This document shows positions 8,944 through 19,916 of a stretch of 43,859 nt of DNA, piece by piece. This DNA is from a virus. Made by a program: the position numbers and the translations under genes. The DNA is taken from UHGV virus genome UHGV-0870948. The stretch is one strand, 5' to 3'. Below the pieces are notes generated by a model. The model saw only the letters and a program-made list of their open reading frames with translations. It did not search any database and had not been told where the DNA came from. The stretch's first letter is position 1. Each line of letters begins with the position of its first letter.

Positions 8944-10005
8944 TCATCCCCTTTGCAAAGCCGATTGCGTATACAGATCCGCCGCGCCACGCGCTTCGCA
9001 CATCATATCCATGTACCACGCCTGGCCCCTTGTATCGCCAGTGTACATAATCCCGCGCACAATATAAACGCCATCCGTTGCGATGCTGGCAGGTTGTGCT
9101 GTGGTGCCGCTGAGCGTGATATTTCCGTCTGTGTTCTGGTCGGTGATCTGCCCACCAGCCATCGCGATATCATTGTTCGACAGCGCGGTGCGGTACACGG
9201 AAGCCTGATCCAGCTGAATAAGCCCGTTAACCCGGATGTTCGGATTAATAAGAGCGCGGACGTTTACGCCGTTACCGATAGTCTGCTGCGGCATGCCGAT
9301 AAGCCCGGTGGCGCTGTTGAGCACAATCGCGTCGTGAACATACTCGTTATTCGCCACCATCTGGCGCTGACCGTCCACAAATTGCCATGTTGCGCCACAT
9401 TGTCCGGCCACGTTATCCATAAGATGCCGTGTCATGCCGAACAGCACCCGCCCTCGAGGGTATACGGTAGCAGGCATTTCAGGCGTCAGTCCTTCGGTCG
9501 CGCCTTTGGCCTCAAAGTCTTTCATCAGCGCACGGTTCACATCTGCGACTGTGTAACCGGCAGCCAGCGTCTGTGAGGTTATACTGGTGGCAAATGCCAG
9601 ATCAGTATCTGCTGCCTGAATCAGGACGTAGGTATCAACCGGACTGTCTTTTCCTGTGACCGAGTAGCGAATTTCTCCGCTGAAAATCAGCCCGTAGTTG
9701 CGGCCATCACTCTGGCCCACGTCCGCCGCGTCAACTTCCCGCACAGTCCCGACGTCGCTTGCCGCCACCTCCGGCGCGATACCGTCGTAACCGGCAATCA
9801 GCCGCACTTTCGAAAACTCCTGCCCGGTAATTCGGTTCACAGTATCTGCCGAAAGGTTATAAATTTTGATAGTCCCTACCCGGGACGCGCTGCTGATGTT
9901 GAACCAGTCGATCGTAAAGGTGACTTTGAAATCACTTAGCTCAATTCCCTTACCGTTCCCGTCCACAAGCTGCAGCTCGAAATGTCTCATCCAGTTCTGT
10001 GACAT
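8944..10005 (-). CDS. Baseplate hub-like / tail protein
   Basis: 353-aa ORF in the tail operon shortly after the tape measure gene; functional call is positional. Confidence 0.45.
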   Translation of the reverse strand: MSQNWMRHFELQLVDGNGKGIELSDFKVTFTIDWFNISSASRVGTIKIYNLSADTVNRITGQEFSKVRLIAGYDGIAPEVAASDVGTVREVDAADVGQSDGRNYGLIFSGEIRYSVTGKDSPVDTYVLIQAADTDLAFATSITSQTLAAGYTVADVNRALMKDFEAKGATEGLTPEMPATVYPRGRVLFGMTRHLMDNVAGQCGATWQFVDGQRQMVANNEYVHDAIVLNSATGLIGMPQQTIGNGVNVRALINPNIRVNGLIQLDQASVYRTALSNNDIAMAGGQITDQNTDGNITLSGTTAQPASIATDGVYIVRGIMYTGDTRGQAWYMDMMCEARGAADLYTQSALQRG

Positions 10006-10007
10006 GC

Positions 10008-10310
10008 TTACTCCGTTGATACCAGCAAATGACTGCGCCCGCCCAGGTCAGTTTTCGTGGGATAATCCTGTGTGTTGTCATCGCAGACCACCAACAGCTT
10101 AAAACCAAGTCCCATACAGGCGTACTGCGCCAGCAGATCAGCGCCAGTGACGAGAGGAATACCGGAGATTACCGGCTCTCCTCTGTCGTTCTGCAGGTCC
10201 ATAATCCAGTAAGGATCGCGCCATATGATGCTAATCCGCCAGGTGACACCACCCAGGACGATGCTGAACTGCTGGTTGTCCGCTGTCAGCGGAATTTCCT
10301 GAATTGTCAT
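10008..10310 (-). CDS. Phage tail protein (hypothetical)
   Basis: 100-aa ORF coupled in the tail operon. Confidence 0.4.
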   Translation of the reverse strand: MTIQEIPLTADNQQFSIVLGGVTWRISIIWRDPYWIMDLQNDRGEPVISGIPLVTGADLLAQYACMGLGFKLLVVCDDNTQDYPTKTDLGGRSHLLVSTE

Positions 10311-10897
10311 TAGCCGCCTCCCAGTAATGACGCCACGTTACCCGTGATGCTTTTCAGCAGTGAAGTATCTGGAGGCTTTGTGGTTTTGTTACCGCTATTC
10401 TGTACCGCCGACGTGCTGGCCCCTTCCTTCATGTTGGTTTTATCCGCGACGGTAATCTGCTGTGTCCGGGAGATAATGACCTCCCTCAGGGTGAGGACGG
10501 CGGACAGGACGTTTTCGGTTGTCTTGTCCGTCGTCACTTCCAGCGCCCGGATCAACATGTTGCTGTACAGCCGTTTACCGGTTACCACATCGAAGGGGAT
10601 ACGGCTTTCCTGCAGATCCAGTAGCTCCTGATACGTCTGCTGAGGACTCAGGCCGAGCAGGCTGGTAGCTGTCAGATTACTGGCAAAATCCAGCAATGCG
10701 CCGCCACCGGCGAAACCAACCTCCATCACCACTTCTGACGGTTTTTTATAGGCATGATCAGCGACAGCGGCCCCGACCTCTACCGGATGCTCTGTTATTT
10801 CAAGCATATCTGTATGCTTCTCTGAAATAACAACACTGGGAACAATCATTCCTATTTTTCTGCTCTGCTGATGAAAAAGTGTAGAGAGAATATCCAC
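10310..10897 (-). CDS. Phage tail protein (hypothetical)
   Basis: 195-aa ORF immediately after the tape measure gene (stop/start overlap). Confidence 0.4.
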   Translation of the reverse strand: MDILSTLFHQQSRKIGMIVPSVVISEKHTDMLEITEHPVEVGAAVADHAYKKPSEVVMEVGFAGGGALLDFASNLTATSLLGLSPQQTYQELLDLQESRIPFDVVTGKRLYSNMLIRALEVTTDKTTENVLSAVLTLREVIISRTQQITVADKTNMKEGASTSAVQNSGNKTTKPPDTSLLKSITGNVASLLGGG

Positions 10898-12906
10898 TAA
10901 CCCACCCTCACCTGATTACTTCGCATGACCTGAGCATTTGCAGACTGTTGCCGACGTGCAACCTCATTACCGACAGCGTGCGGATCTCCGCCACCGTAAA
11001 TGTGGTAAGTATTTTGCTGGTTAACCTCTGTCATTTTGCCACTAATTCCCGCCACGGCAGCCTTATTAATCAGCTCTCGAGAATAGATATTTCTTCCATT
11101 TTCATGCTGGATAATGCTGCTCATCAATGCTGACATGGTTTGCGGATCGCTCATATTCAGGGCAGCCCGGGGATCCACTCCCAGTCGTTGCGATACAGCC
11201 CTGATATACGCAGTTGTGTTGTTATTATCAGACGCAGGTGCCCAGGTAGAGATAATTTTCTCCACACTGTTTATTCCCCGTCCGGCGTACAGCATTAACT
11301 GACGAGCAAGAGCCCGTAATCCATCAAAAGCAGTTTCAAATCTGGCAAATCGCCCGCCCGGGCGTTCAAGAGAAGCCCCTGCCTGACCAGCAAAATTAAG
11401 GTTTCCCGGATTGTTATTCCGTTCTCCTCGTTTCGTAGCCTGTGCATATTGTTCCGGCTCATCATCACCAAACCAGCCGCGTACCGTCCGGCCCACACTG
11501 CGGGGATCGAATCCCCAGTGCTCTTTAATCCAGTCGGCAGTACTGTTAGCGCTGTCTGTAACCATCGGCATCGCTGACGGATTTTCGCTGCCCTGATTAA
11601 GTATCTGTTTGCCGATGATGACGGCATCAGCCCAGCGGCCATCTTTGATAGCGTTGAGCAGGTCGGCGATCATGTTCAGCATTTTGCTGAATTCGCCCAT
11701 CTGGTCGATGAAGTTGCTGAAATCCCACTTCAGGGACCATGATTTGGGGTCAATATTGAGCAGTTTCGCCAGCGCTTTCGCCAGTTCATTAACAGACCCT
11801 TTCAGGTCACGAACCATCTTCAGCGCGGCATCGACCTCCGGCTTCCACTTGCCCCAGTCAATCAGGCTGTCGCCGCCTTCCTTCCAGGTCTGATAGTCCT
11901 CCCACAGAAGGGCAATCCCCGCCGCCAGCGCGGTAATGAGGCCAATCGGCGACATCCAGAACGTACTGTTCAGAATGCGCAGCGCAATCGTCAGCGCGCC
12001 AAACAGCGAGATGAGCTCCCGCGTTTGCTTATCCAGCGATTGCCACCAGGTGATAAGGCTGGATGTTCCCTCAATTAGCCTGAAGAACAGCCGCCCGATG
12101 ATGTCTCCGATCGCCAGAATGCCTTTTATGGCTTTCGTCAGGGTCTGCTCGATGCGCGGGAAGTTATCGAGGATGTGGCGGCGCAGTGTGTCCAGCGAAC
12201 CCGCCAGACCACCAGCAAGATTAGAGCCGATTTTGTCACGGGCCATGCCTGCCATCGCGCCGAACTCGCGCAGGGAGGTCATGAATTTGTTGGAGCTTCT
12301 GGCCGCCTCGTCAGCATTGAAGCCGATAGCTTTCGCCATTGCGCTGTACTGCCCGGAGAAATCACCCACACCCCGGCGCATCGCCATAAGGGTATTTTCG
12401 TCAATGCCTAGCATCTGCGCATACTGGTTAGCCCGGTAATACGGCATGCCGCTGAGCTTCTGGCCTACACCTGTAAAAATAGCGGCCATGTCACGCATGT
12501 TACCGCTGGCATCCCGTGTCTGTACCCCCAGGCGATTCAGGAATCCTTCCGCGCCGGGATTGTTACGAACAAACCGGGAGAGGCTTTCCAGAGAGGTTCG
12601 CGCCGCGTCCACGCTGCCGCCAACCTGCGAAACCGCATAGCCAATAGACTGAATTCCCTGGACTGTCGCGCCGGTGCGCTGTGACGCCCGGTAAAGATTA
12701 TCCAGGCCGGAGGCGATCTTAGCCGTGAAGGCCACCACGGACAGCGCAGCTCCTTCAACGGCCAGTCCCATTTTGATAGCATTTGCAGTTGTACCGGCGA
12801 GGACAGAACCGAACTTTTTCGCTCCTGCATCATCCACACTGAAGCCAAGCGAGACGAGGAAATCTTTAATAGTTTCAGCGTTCATTATCCTCTCTCCATT
12901 TCTCAA
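10897..12906 (-). CDS. Tail tape measure protein
   Basis: Largest ORF of the tail module (669 aa), Ala/Gly-rich helical, follows the chaperone gene. Confidence 0.6.
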   Translation of the reverse strand: MRNGERIMNAETIKDFLVSLGFSVDDAGAKKFGSVLAGTTANAIKMGLAVEGAALSVVAFTAKIASGLDNLYRASQRTGATVQGIQSIGYAVSQVGGSVDAARTSLESLSRFVRNNPGAEGFLNRLGVQTRDASGNMRDMAAIFTGVGQKLSGMPYYRANQYAQMLGIDENTLMAMRRGVGDFSGQYSAMAKAIGFNADEAARSSNKFMTSLREFGAMAGMARDKIGSNLAGGLAGSLDTLRRHILDNFPRIEQTLTKAIKGILAIGDIIGRLFFRLIEGTSSLITWWQSLDKQTRELISLFGALTIALRILNSTFWMSPIGLITALAAGIALLWEDYQTWKEGGDSLIDWGKWKPEVDAALKMVRDLKGSVNELAKALAKLLNIDPKSWSLKWDFSNFIDQMGEFSKMLNMIADLLNAIKDGRWADAVIIGKQILNQGSENPSAMPMVTDSANSTADWIKEHWGFDPRSVGRTVRGWFGDDEPEQYAQATKRGERNNNPGNLNFAGQAGASLERPGGRFARFETAFDGLRALARQLMLYAGRGINSVEKIISTWAPASDNNNTTAYIRAVSQRLGVDPRAALNMSDPQTMSALMSSIIQHENGRNIYSRELINKAAVAGISGKMTEVNQQNTYHIYGGGDPHAVGNEVARRQQSANAQVMRSNQVRVG

Positions 12907-13062
12907 TGCGCCGCTGGTTATCCGCTTTTACCGCCAGATGGTCATTCAAGAGAGCAATGTCGTACAAATCGACAGAGCCATCTTTAAGTGCTGTATAAGG
13001 AATTAACCCGGCGTCAACCGGATTGAGAAGGTAAGACAGCCCGTCCGGCAGGCTGTTAAACG

Positions 13063-13515
13063 TCAGCCCTGTTGCAGGCTCTGCGTCGTGCTGGTAAGGG
13101 GTGTAGGCAAAAAATTTCCCAGCGAATCGGCGACCACCCGCGCCACCAGATGCAGCATGACCAGCAAGTCAATATCATCAAACATCAGTTCGCCCTGGGT
13201 AAATACCGGAACCCATCCGTCCATATGACGCCGCGATACCACCGCAAGACAGGGATGAATAATCGCACTGGTGTCATCTTCGGTCAGGGAAGACAGTTCC
13301 TCAGCGATACGCGGGAGCATGGTTTCAAACACCGGTTTTAACTGCTCGAATTTCACGGTGTCGATTTTGCCATCAGCAGGCAAACGGGAGCGAATGCTCC
13401 CGAAATCTGACATCATTCCTGCCAGCACAGGCAGAAGTTTGCGGGTCACTTTCAGCTGATCAAAAACGCTGAGTTTTGCCGCGCGATATTTCACGCCTTT
13501 GATTTCGAATTCCAT
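13063..13515 (-). CDS. Tail assembly chaperone (putative)
   Basis: 150-aa ORF between the tail tube and tape measure genes. Confidence 0.45.
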   Translation of the reverse strand: MEFEIKGVKYRAAKLSVFDQLKVTRKLLPVLAGMMSDFGSIRSRLPADGKIDTVKFEQLKPVFETMLPRIAEELSSLTEDDTSAIIHPCLAVVSRRHMDGWVPVFTQGELMFDDIDLLVMLHLVARVVADSLGNFLPTPLTSTTQSLQQG

Positions 13516-13518
13516 GTA

Positions 13519-13959
13519 TTAAAACTCCCCGAGAACCTGGTCAATCTTGCCGCAGTCAAACACCCACGGCATCGTATTACCGGTTTTAGCGTTGGCATTA
13601 TCCGGTTGTTTCTGGAACGCAACACTACGTGCCGTGATGATGTCGCCGCTGACCTTGTTTCGGATCACAATAACGTTATTCCCCCATGTGGCAGAAGACT
13701 GGCTCTGTGCGTTATACGCCAGCGACAATTTTTTATTTGTCGGTGATGTCTTCAGAAGGTTAACGGTAATCGTCCCGCTTTTATCTGCATGGAGACTGTG
13801 CATCACTTCGCCATCAGCACCGATGGTCATGGTGTTTTTAGGGCCGCCCATCGCAACCACAATCCCCTCTTCAGAACTTGCAGAACCGTACCCGAGGTCA
13901 ATCGAACCGGTCGGCCCGGTCAGCGTCGCAGTGACATCCATAAAAGAATAGGTAGACAT
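13519..13959 (-). CDS. Tail tube protein (putative)
   Basis: 146-aa ORF immediately after the sheath gene. Confidence 0.55.
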   Translation of the reverse strand: MSTYSFMDVTATLTGPTGSIDLGYGSASSEEGIVVAMGGPKNTMTIGADGEVMHSLHADKSGTITVNLLKTSPTNKKLSLAYNAQSQSSATWGNNVIVIRNKVSGDIITARSVAFQKQPDNANAKTGNTMPWVFDCGKIDQVLGEF

Positions 13960-13969
13960 TCACTTCCCC

Positions 13970-15115
13970 TTAGCGAACAACGTTAATCTGTACGTCAGCG
14001 TAATGAACCGCGCCTGCAAGTTTTATTGCAGCCTGAATCACCGGAGCCTTACGGGCTTCACGTTCTGATTGTGCCTGTTCATCCAGCGGCTGGGCGTATA
14101 CGTAATAACCTTTGGGCAGCGTGTCACCTGATGACAACTGGCCAAGGTCGCCCCCGTTCCATACGCCCGGAGCAATCAGTCCATTCTGAACGGCCTGATC
14201 CAGTGATTTTTCAACATTTGATAACAGTCGGGTAATACCGGCTTCAGTCTGGGGAACTTTCGTGGCGCTGGTATAAAGCAGGTTATAGAGGTTGGTCTGC
14301 ACATAATTCTGTAACCAGTCCAGGCCGTGGCGTTCATCAAAGAAATCGCCGTTAGCCATCACTCCCTGCTGGAGGATAGCTGTATCATTCTGGTAGTACA
14401 CGAACACATTGCAGTTTTTTGCATCAAGTGCCGATGCCTGGCTGACTGTCAGTGTTTCATACCCGACACCCGGCTCCTGCTTAAACTTGAGCGTAATCGC
14501 GGTATTACTGCCATTGAAATTAACCGTGAATGCCCGGCCAAATGCAGATAACGCAGCGTATTTATTACCCGATGAATACTGAATAAAACTGCGTGAATAT
14601 CCGGCGGTTTTCAGTTTTGATGCCAAATCATCGCTGGATGCAGTCTGCAGGCATTTCTCATCGCTTGTCGTAATCGCCAGAATACGGCTTACAGAAGAGG
14701 ATTCGATCGCCGCAGCCACTTTCAGCCAGTCTGCATCCGGAATATCTTCATCGTCTGCAATCCCCAGCCCATACCATGAAGTATAATCGAGCATGGCATT
14801 CACAGCCTGCTCCAGCGTCTCAGTCGTGGCCTGTTCGCTGTCTCCCTTCGTTTTCACCCAACGACCAACAAAAACCTCCTGAGGTTTCGGTGATTGTGAG
14901 AAAAACACCTGCGCAGCCTTATATTCTGGTGATTCCACGCCAAAATCTTTTCCAATATCTTCCGCGGCAGAATAACGACGAATGCGCTCACTTACCGGAA
15001 TGATTGTGGACGGGCCGAGAATGAGTAATGCACCAAAATTTCGCCCTGATGCTGCACGCGGCGACATGATCACATCAACATTAACAACGTTTGATACAGG
15101 CAAGCCCTGTGCCAT
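13970..15115 (-). CDS. Tail sheath protein (putative)
   Basis: 381-aa ORF preceding the tube gene; sheath-tube-chaperone-tape measure order. Confidence 0.6.
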   Translation of the reverse strand: MAQGLPVSNVVNVDVIMSPRAASGRNFGALLILGPSTIIPVSERIRRYSAAEDIGKDFGVESPEYKAAQVFFSQSPKPQEVFVGRWVKTKGDSEQATTETLEQAVNAMLDYTSWYGLGIADDEDIPDADWLKVAAAIESSSVSRILAITTSDEKCLQTASSDDLASKLKTAGYSRSFIQYSSGNKYAALSAFGRAFTVNFNGSNTAITLKFKQEPGVGYETLTVSQASALDAKNCNVFVYYQNDTAILQQGVMANGDFFDERHGLDWLQNYVQTNLYNLLYTSATKVPQTEAGITRLLSNVEKSLDQAVQNGLIAPGVWNGGDLGQLSSGDTLPKGYYVYAQPLDEQAQSEREARKAPVIQAAIKLAGAVHYADVQINVVR

Positions 15116-15118
15116 AGC

Positions 15119-15727
15119 TTAATCTCCGAAAAAGATGACTGGTGCTTCCACCAGCGATTTAATACCGTACTCGCGCACAACCTTCCGGCGCAGACGCACC
15201 GTCATATCGTAGCGGCGGACCCATTGCTGATTAATAAGTTCAGGGAAGGGAGTCAGACCTGTGTAATCGCCAAGAGACAGCCCCAGCGCATTCAGTGCTG
15301 CGTTGTTCTGCGGTACAGATATACCGTCACGAAACCGGGACGCATACACCATCCCCGCCGGACCATAAAACGAAGCCATACACTCAATCGTTTCATGCCG
15401 CCAGAGCTGAGAGCCATCATCGGTCTGTCTGGTGAATGCCGGACTGTCATCACCTGACCATCCGATAACCCCAAACGCACACCAGTTCGTTTCAACCGGT
15501 AGCAGTGGCGGCTGCTCTTTCTGCCAGCGCGGGCGAACCATCCCGGCAGACAGACCGGAAACGTTACGCATCCACTGGCTTAACAGCCTGTCGAGCGCTT
15601 CGTCATAATCCGGATCGCCACTGGTTGGTATCAGCCATCCGCGCTCTGTGCTGGTGTTATTGCTCAACCGGAATTCCCCCATCAAACGGCAGCAACTCAC
15701 AATGCGCCTGAACGAATCCGGCACCAT
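15119..15727 (-). CDS. Phage head-tail joining/tail completion protein (hypothetical)
   Basis: 202-aa ORF in the operon between the capsid and sheath genes. Confidence 0.35.
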   Translation of the reverse strand: MVPDSFRRIVSCCRLMGEFRLSNNTSTERGWLIPTSGDPDYDEALDRLLSQWMRNVSGLSAGMVRPRWQKEQPPLLPVETNWCAFGVIGWSGDDSPAFTRQTDDGSQLWRHETIECMASFYGPAGMVYASRFRDGISVPQNNAALNALGLSLGDYTGLTPFPELINQQWVRRYDMTVRLRRKVVREYGIKSLVEAPVIFFGD

Positions 15728-16046
15728 ACGCTGTATACGGGTCGACGAAAGTCACACGATAATCACGGCCCTGATACGTCACGATATCGGCATCACGGCC
15801 AGTCTGTCCCTGTGTCAGTAGCTCAGTCGTCACAATCAGAATTGCACCACTGATTACCTGCCCAGCCTGCATACGACGGTTTTCCAGAGAGCGATCAACA
15901 GTTACGACTCCGGCAAACTGCTTTTTAACTTCACTGTCGCTGCCGATCCCGTCATCGTCCACCGTTTGCACGCGACGCGTTACCCACAGGTTGAAGTCGC
16001 AAAAATCGGGGTCAAAAAGCACGTCTGTTACATCAAGAGTCGGCAT
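15657..16046 (-). CDS. Phage structural protein (hypothetical)
   Basis: 129-aa ORF in the operon. Confidence 0.35.
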   Translation of the reverse strand: MPTLDVTDVLFDPDFCDFNLWVTRRVQTVDDDGIGSDSEVKKQFAGVVTVDRSLENRRMQAGQVISGAILIVTTELLTQGQTGRDADIVTYQGRDYRVTFVDPYTAYGAGFVQAHCELLPFDGGIPVEQ

Positions 16047-16587
16047 CTTTATCCCTCACTACATGGGTAATAGCTCTGCGGTACTGTCCGGTGTCAATTA
16101 GCGGTTTCACCAGATCGGTTCCAGGAGACTCACCAGCAGCGCGCCGCGCAAGTTCCGCTTTTGCCCCTTTGCGCCCTCGACGTGCACGGGCTTCAACAGT
16201 GCTGTCAGCAAGCGGCGTAAAGCCGGTAATAGTCATGTAACGCCTGACGCCATTAGCGGCCAGCGTTCCGGCACGGTTGAGCGCTCTTTCCGCACCCGAC
16301 GCATTACCATCAAGCGCAGCCTGCGCAGCTGCTTTGAGCTGCGGCACTGTCTGTCCCTCTACCGATTTAACGCCGGGGGTCAGGTGCGGGCGTGGGGGGA
16401 TGTTTTGCGCTGGTGAGCCGTATTCGTTGACATAGCCGATCCCGGCATTACCAAACGGAACATCTTCACGCTCGCTGTCTTCCGAAGGGATGCCGACCAG
16501 CACATCCTTTTTGGTTAGCGATCTGAGCGCATCCAGAATGGCCTGAGCGTTATCCACCCTCGTTGTTACACCGCTTTTGAAGCTCAT
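16033..16587 (-). CDS. Phage structural protein (hypothetical)
   Basis: 184-aa ORF coupled in the operon. Confidence 0.4.
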   Translation of the reverse strand: MSFKSGVTTRVDNAQAILDALRSLTKKDVLVGIPSEDSEREDVPFGNAGIGYVNEYGSPAQNIPPRPHLTPGVKSVEGQTVPQLKAAAQAALDGNASGAERALNRAGTLAANGVRRYMTITGFTPLADSTVEARARRGRKGAKAELARRAAGESPGTDLVKPLIDTGQYRRAITHVVRDKDADS

Positions 16588-16991
16588 AGCTGGCGACCGC
16601 CTGCACCAAACATCGTGATCAACTGATAAAATTCAGCGCCATATCGGGTGTTATTCCAGAAACCTGCATCAGGATTCAGCGTCGCGCTGGTGTCATAGCT
16701 GACGCTTACCTTGTCAACAGACTTAGAGGATTGAACACCATTGGTTGAACCGCCCGGGCCGCCAACCAGCATTGCCCGACTATCTGCCGCCCATAGCGTC
16801 ATGTAGTGCGCAACGAACAACCCGGCAAAGTACGGAAACAACTTTTTCCCGGTGACGTTTTCGCTCAGCAGTTCATCGGCCAGATTCAGACGAAACTGGA
16901 TTTGCGCTTCGGGATATTTGGCAGGGTCAGCAAACTGCGGGAAGTCGCGGCGAAAATCACTTACCGCTGGCAGACTTTGATTCTTTGGCAT
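16584..16991 (-). CDS. Phage head-tail connector-like protein (hypothetical)
   Basis: 135-aa ORF in the operon. Confidence 0.4.
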   Translation of the reverse strand: MPKNQSLPAVSDFRRDFPQFADPAKYPEAQIQFRLNLADELLSENVTGKKLFPYFAGLFVAHYMTLWAADSRAMLVGGPGGSTNGVQSSKSVDKVSVSYDTSATLNPDAGFWNNTRYGAEFYQLITMFGAGGRQL

Positions 16992-17178
16992 TTTTTACCT
17001 CGTTACGCGCGTCTGTGGCTTTGCCAACGGATACCTCCGCGTGCGCACGAGTGAACCAGTGCGTGGCAACTTCTTCCTCCACAGCATGACGGCCTTTAAC
17101 AAACTCGCGCCGTGAACCGTCGGGAAGCGTGAGCACAAACGGGGTATGTACGTGTATTACTGCATTATTTTTTGCCAT
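16957..17178 (-). CDS. Small phage protein (hypothetical)
   Basis: 73-aa ORF directly downstream of the capsid gene. Confidence 0.3.
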   Translation of the reverse strand: MAKNNAVIHVHTPFVLTLPDGSRREFVKGRHAVEEEVATHWFTRAHAEVSVGKATDARNEVKNAKESKSASGK

Positions 17179-17220
17179 CGGGTCATCCTTAATGGCCCCC
17201 GCCAGGGGGCCATGTGGCTG

Positions 17221-18162
17221 TTAAATGCCATCAACGTACGAAATGGTTTCTTTGTACACTGGCTCAACCGCACCCAGCTTGCCGTAGTAGGTCGCAATCT
17301 GATACAGACCACGATACTGGATAGGAACGCTCTGCAACGGCACCAGCGGATAGCGCACGTATTTCTTGTCGTTGGTGTACGCAACCATGCGATCCTTATC
17401 CCCCACACCACGGCCTTTCAGCCATTTAACCGCGCGGATATTCAGCGGAACACCGTTCTGGTGATAGCTGATGGTGTTGGTCTGAAGATACGTCAACAGG
17501 GACTGGTTCCCCGCAGATGAAACGATGATGCTGGACAACAGAGCAAACTGCTCAGGCGGGATCAGCAAATCACGCGGAACCACAGAGTAACCGGAAGCGG
17601 CCCACGCATCAGACAGCACCTGGTTAATGCTTGCGCGGATTTCGTCCGGTGTTGAGGTTGCCCACGTTTTGGCAGCGTTGTTGACAGGAACACCGTTCAG
17701 GGTAACAAGGCCTTTCAGGTTTAATGCGGAATCGCCAACATACACCTGTTCATCGTTATCCATCTGCCATTTCAGTTGCATCCCGTCATACTTCTGCGTA
17801 TCAATCGGGCGTCCGACCTGCTGAGCAGCCTGCAATTCTATGACCGTCCAGCCAAGTTCCATCCCCCACAGGTTCAGCGGGTTACCGGATTTGCCGATAT
17901 CCACGTTCACGCCAGCAATAGCGGTTGAGTCTTTGCCTACCCAGTTTTTGCCATTCGGATTTGCGCCAGTACCCGCAGCGGCGAAGCTGGTATTCGTCCA
18001 GCTGGAAATGTCATCTGCGATGGAGACATCTTCACGCAGTTGGATATCGCGGGTCCAGGTGTACCCCACCAGTGGCAGGTTCAGCGTCTGGTCGAGTCGT
18101 TCCAGCTCCCCGATGAGAAAGGCACCAGAGCTGTCAACGGTTGCCTGATCAAAAGTAATCAT
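17221..18162 (-). CDS. Major capsid protein (putative)
   Basis: 313-aa ORF following the scaffold/decoration genes, with GC-rich hairpin downstream. Confidence 0.6.
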   Translation of the reverse strand: MITFDQATVDSSGAFLIGELERLDQTLNLPLVGYTWTRDIQLREDVSIADDISSWTNTSFAAAGTGANPNGKNWVGKDSTAIAGVNVDIGKSGNPLNLWGMELGWTVIELQAAQQVGRPIDTQKYDGMQLKWQMDNDEQVYVGDSALNLKGLVTLNGVPVNNAAKTWATSTPDEIRASINQVLSDAWAASGYSVVPRDLLIPPEQFALLSSIIVSSAGNQSLLTYLQTNTISYHQNGVPLNIRAVKWLKGRGVGDKDRMVAYTNDKKYVRYPLVPLQSVPIQYRGLYQIATYYGKLGAVEPVYKETISYVDGI

Positions 18163-18173
18163 TCGTCTGTTCC

Positions 18174-18677
18174 TTAAATCTTCCAGGAAATTTCTGCATT
18201 GCCGTTAGCATCACCGGCACCTGTGAATTCAGCGTTGGTCAGCACCACGTTTTTGCCACTGACTGACGTGGCCATGAATCCACCCAGCGGCACTTTGATG
18301 GATGCATCAGTGGAGACGACAACGTATACCGGGTCGCCTTTTTTGATGGTGCTGGCATCAAAATCAGAACCGAGATTAACGGTCACGTAGCCACGCTTCA
18401 TTGCGTCGCCCGGGAAGTTCTTGCCACTCCCCACCTGGCGAACCATGTCCGGCTGCGAAGTGGTCGGATAAGGGCGCACATAGATCCCCTTCACCTTGTC
18501 TGCGGTATCACCATCTGCCAGCGGCACGAAAAAACCGTCATCATCGTATTTACCAGCCAGCCCATAGGCAGCGAAGGCGTTATCGGATTTAAGGACCACC
18601 GGTTCGACGGTTAAGTCCTGCGGGCGAGAGATAGCCCCGGCAATGCCAACAGGCATCCGGTACAGATATGCAGTCAT
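18174..18677 (-). CDS. Head decoration/structural protein (putative)
   Basis: 167-aa ORF between the scaffold-like and capsid genes. Confidence 0.4.
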   Translation of the reverse strand: MTAYLYRMPVGIAGAISRPQDLTVEPVVLKSDNAFAAYGLAGKYDDDGFFVPLADGDTADKVKGIYVRPYPTTSQPDMVRQVGSGKNFPGDAMKRGYVTVNLGSDFDASTIKKGDPVYVVVSTDASIKVPLGGFMATSVSGKNVVLTNAEFTGAGDANGNAEISWKI

Positions 18678-18681
18678 TGGA

Positions 18682-19902
18682 TTATCCTTTGCGGTTAGAC
18701 CAGAATTCGGCGTTTTGTTTGTTCAGGGAAGCGATGCTGGTCATGCCCATATTTTGGCGCTGTGCATCGCCGGTGGTGGCGCGGGTGTTTCGCCCTTTGG
18801 CAATCTCAGACACGGCATTAAACGCCATGTCGACCGATTGTTTCGGCAATTTGCGGATATCCGCATCACCGACGATCTGGCGAACCAGCGTTTTATCTGC
18901 GGAAGCCAGAACCTCGCGTTTGAACGCGGTCGGTTTCATCTTACGGCTCAGATCGATACCCGGAACGATAACTTCGGCACGCCAGGCTGAGTCACCAGTA
19001 ATCGTGGTTTCCTCTTCATCGTCCTCGCCGTCACCGGTCGGATTATCGTCAGGCTTATTGTCGTTATCGCCCGTCGCATTTCCTTCCAGCTTAGCCAGCA
19101 GGGCTTTCAGTAATGTTTTGAGGTCATCATCACTGTCGCCGGTTGGACCTCCACCCATCTCTGGTGCTTTGTCCGGTAGTGGTTGCTGCGGGGACAGGTT
19201 GATGTTGAGATTAACGCCCTGCGGCAAATCCCCCTCATCTCCTGTAACCGATGCGGGAGCCGACTCCACCAGTTCGTTCATGGTGTCGGCATCTCCTGTC
19301 TTGATGGCTGCACGCATGCGGTTCCACCAGTTTTTCTTTTGATTTGCCATTGTGTCTCTGTCTCCAATTGCACAACGATTTCCGGCTCTGCCTTTGGGGA
19401 CAAGAGCCACATGGTTTCCGTTAATATCGACCTGCTCGGCTTTACCTGGCTCGGTCTGCTCGTACTCCGCGTCATAGCCGCACGACACTTCACGCAGGCC
19501 ATCTTCGATAAGCTGAATGGCGTTTTCGTCTTTGACGATAAGGTCAGCCAGCATCAAATCAGACTGCTCACCCGTCCCGCGCCGGACATTCTGGAGGTGC
19601 CCGACCGCAAGCTCTTTCCAGTTCTCGGGATTTACCAGCCGCACATTCCCGTTTTCATCTTCAGGATGCAGGATCGTGATGCTCATCCCTTCGAATGAGG
19701 CGAGCGTGGCCGGATGGAATACCTGCTCAGGAGAACGCGTTACGACTATCTCACCGAGCTTGTCGGGTTTGAGGTTTGGCAGATCGGCAGCGCCATAGAG
19801 CTGCTTACCCGTTCGACCTATCGGCACGTCTTTGCACAGCAGCGAGCCGTCAGCCAGCTGATAGCGGGTTTCCCCCAGCCGGGTATTGAAAAAATATTTC
19901 AT
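18682..19902 (-). CDS. Head scaffolding / prohead protein (putative)
   Basis: 406-aa ORF with highly acidic low-complexity central region (DSDDD, GDGEDDEEE). Confidence 0.45.
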   Translation of the reverse strand: MKYFFNTRLGETRYQLADGSLLCKDVPIGRTGKQLYGAADLPNLKPDKLGEIVVTRSPEQVFHPATLASFEGMSITILHPEDENGNVRLVNPENWKELAVGHLQNVRRGTGEQSDLMLADLIVKDENAIQLIEDGLREVSCGYDAEYEQTEPGKAEQVDINGNHVALVPKGRAGNRCAIGDRDTMANQKKNWWNRMRAAIKTGDADTMNELVESAPASVTGDEGDLPQGVNLNINLSPQQPLPDKAPEMGGGPTGDSDDDLKTLLKALLAKLEGNATGDNDNKPDDNPTGDGEDDEEETTITGDSAWRAEVIVPGIDLSRKMKPTAFKREVLASADKTLVRQIVGDADIRKLPKQSVDMAFNAVSEIAKGRNTRATTGDAQRQNMGMTSIASLNKQNAEFWSNRKG

Positions 19903-19916
19903 GGTTTACCTGCGAT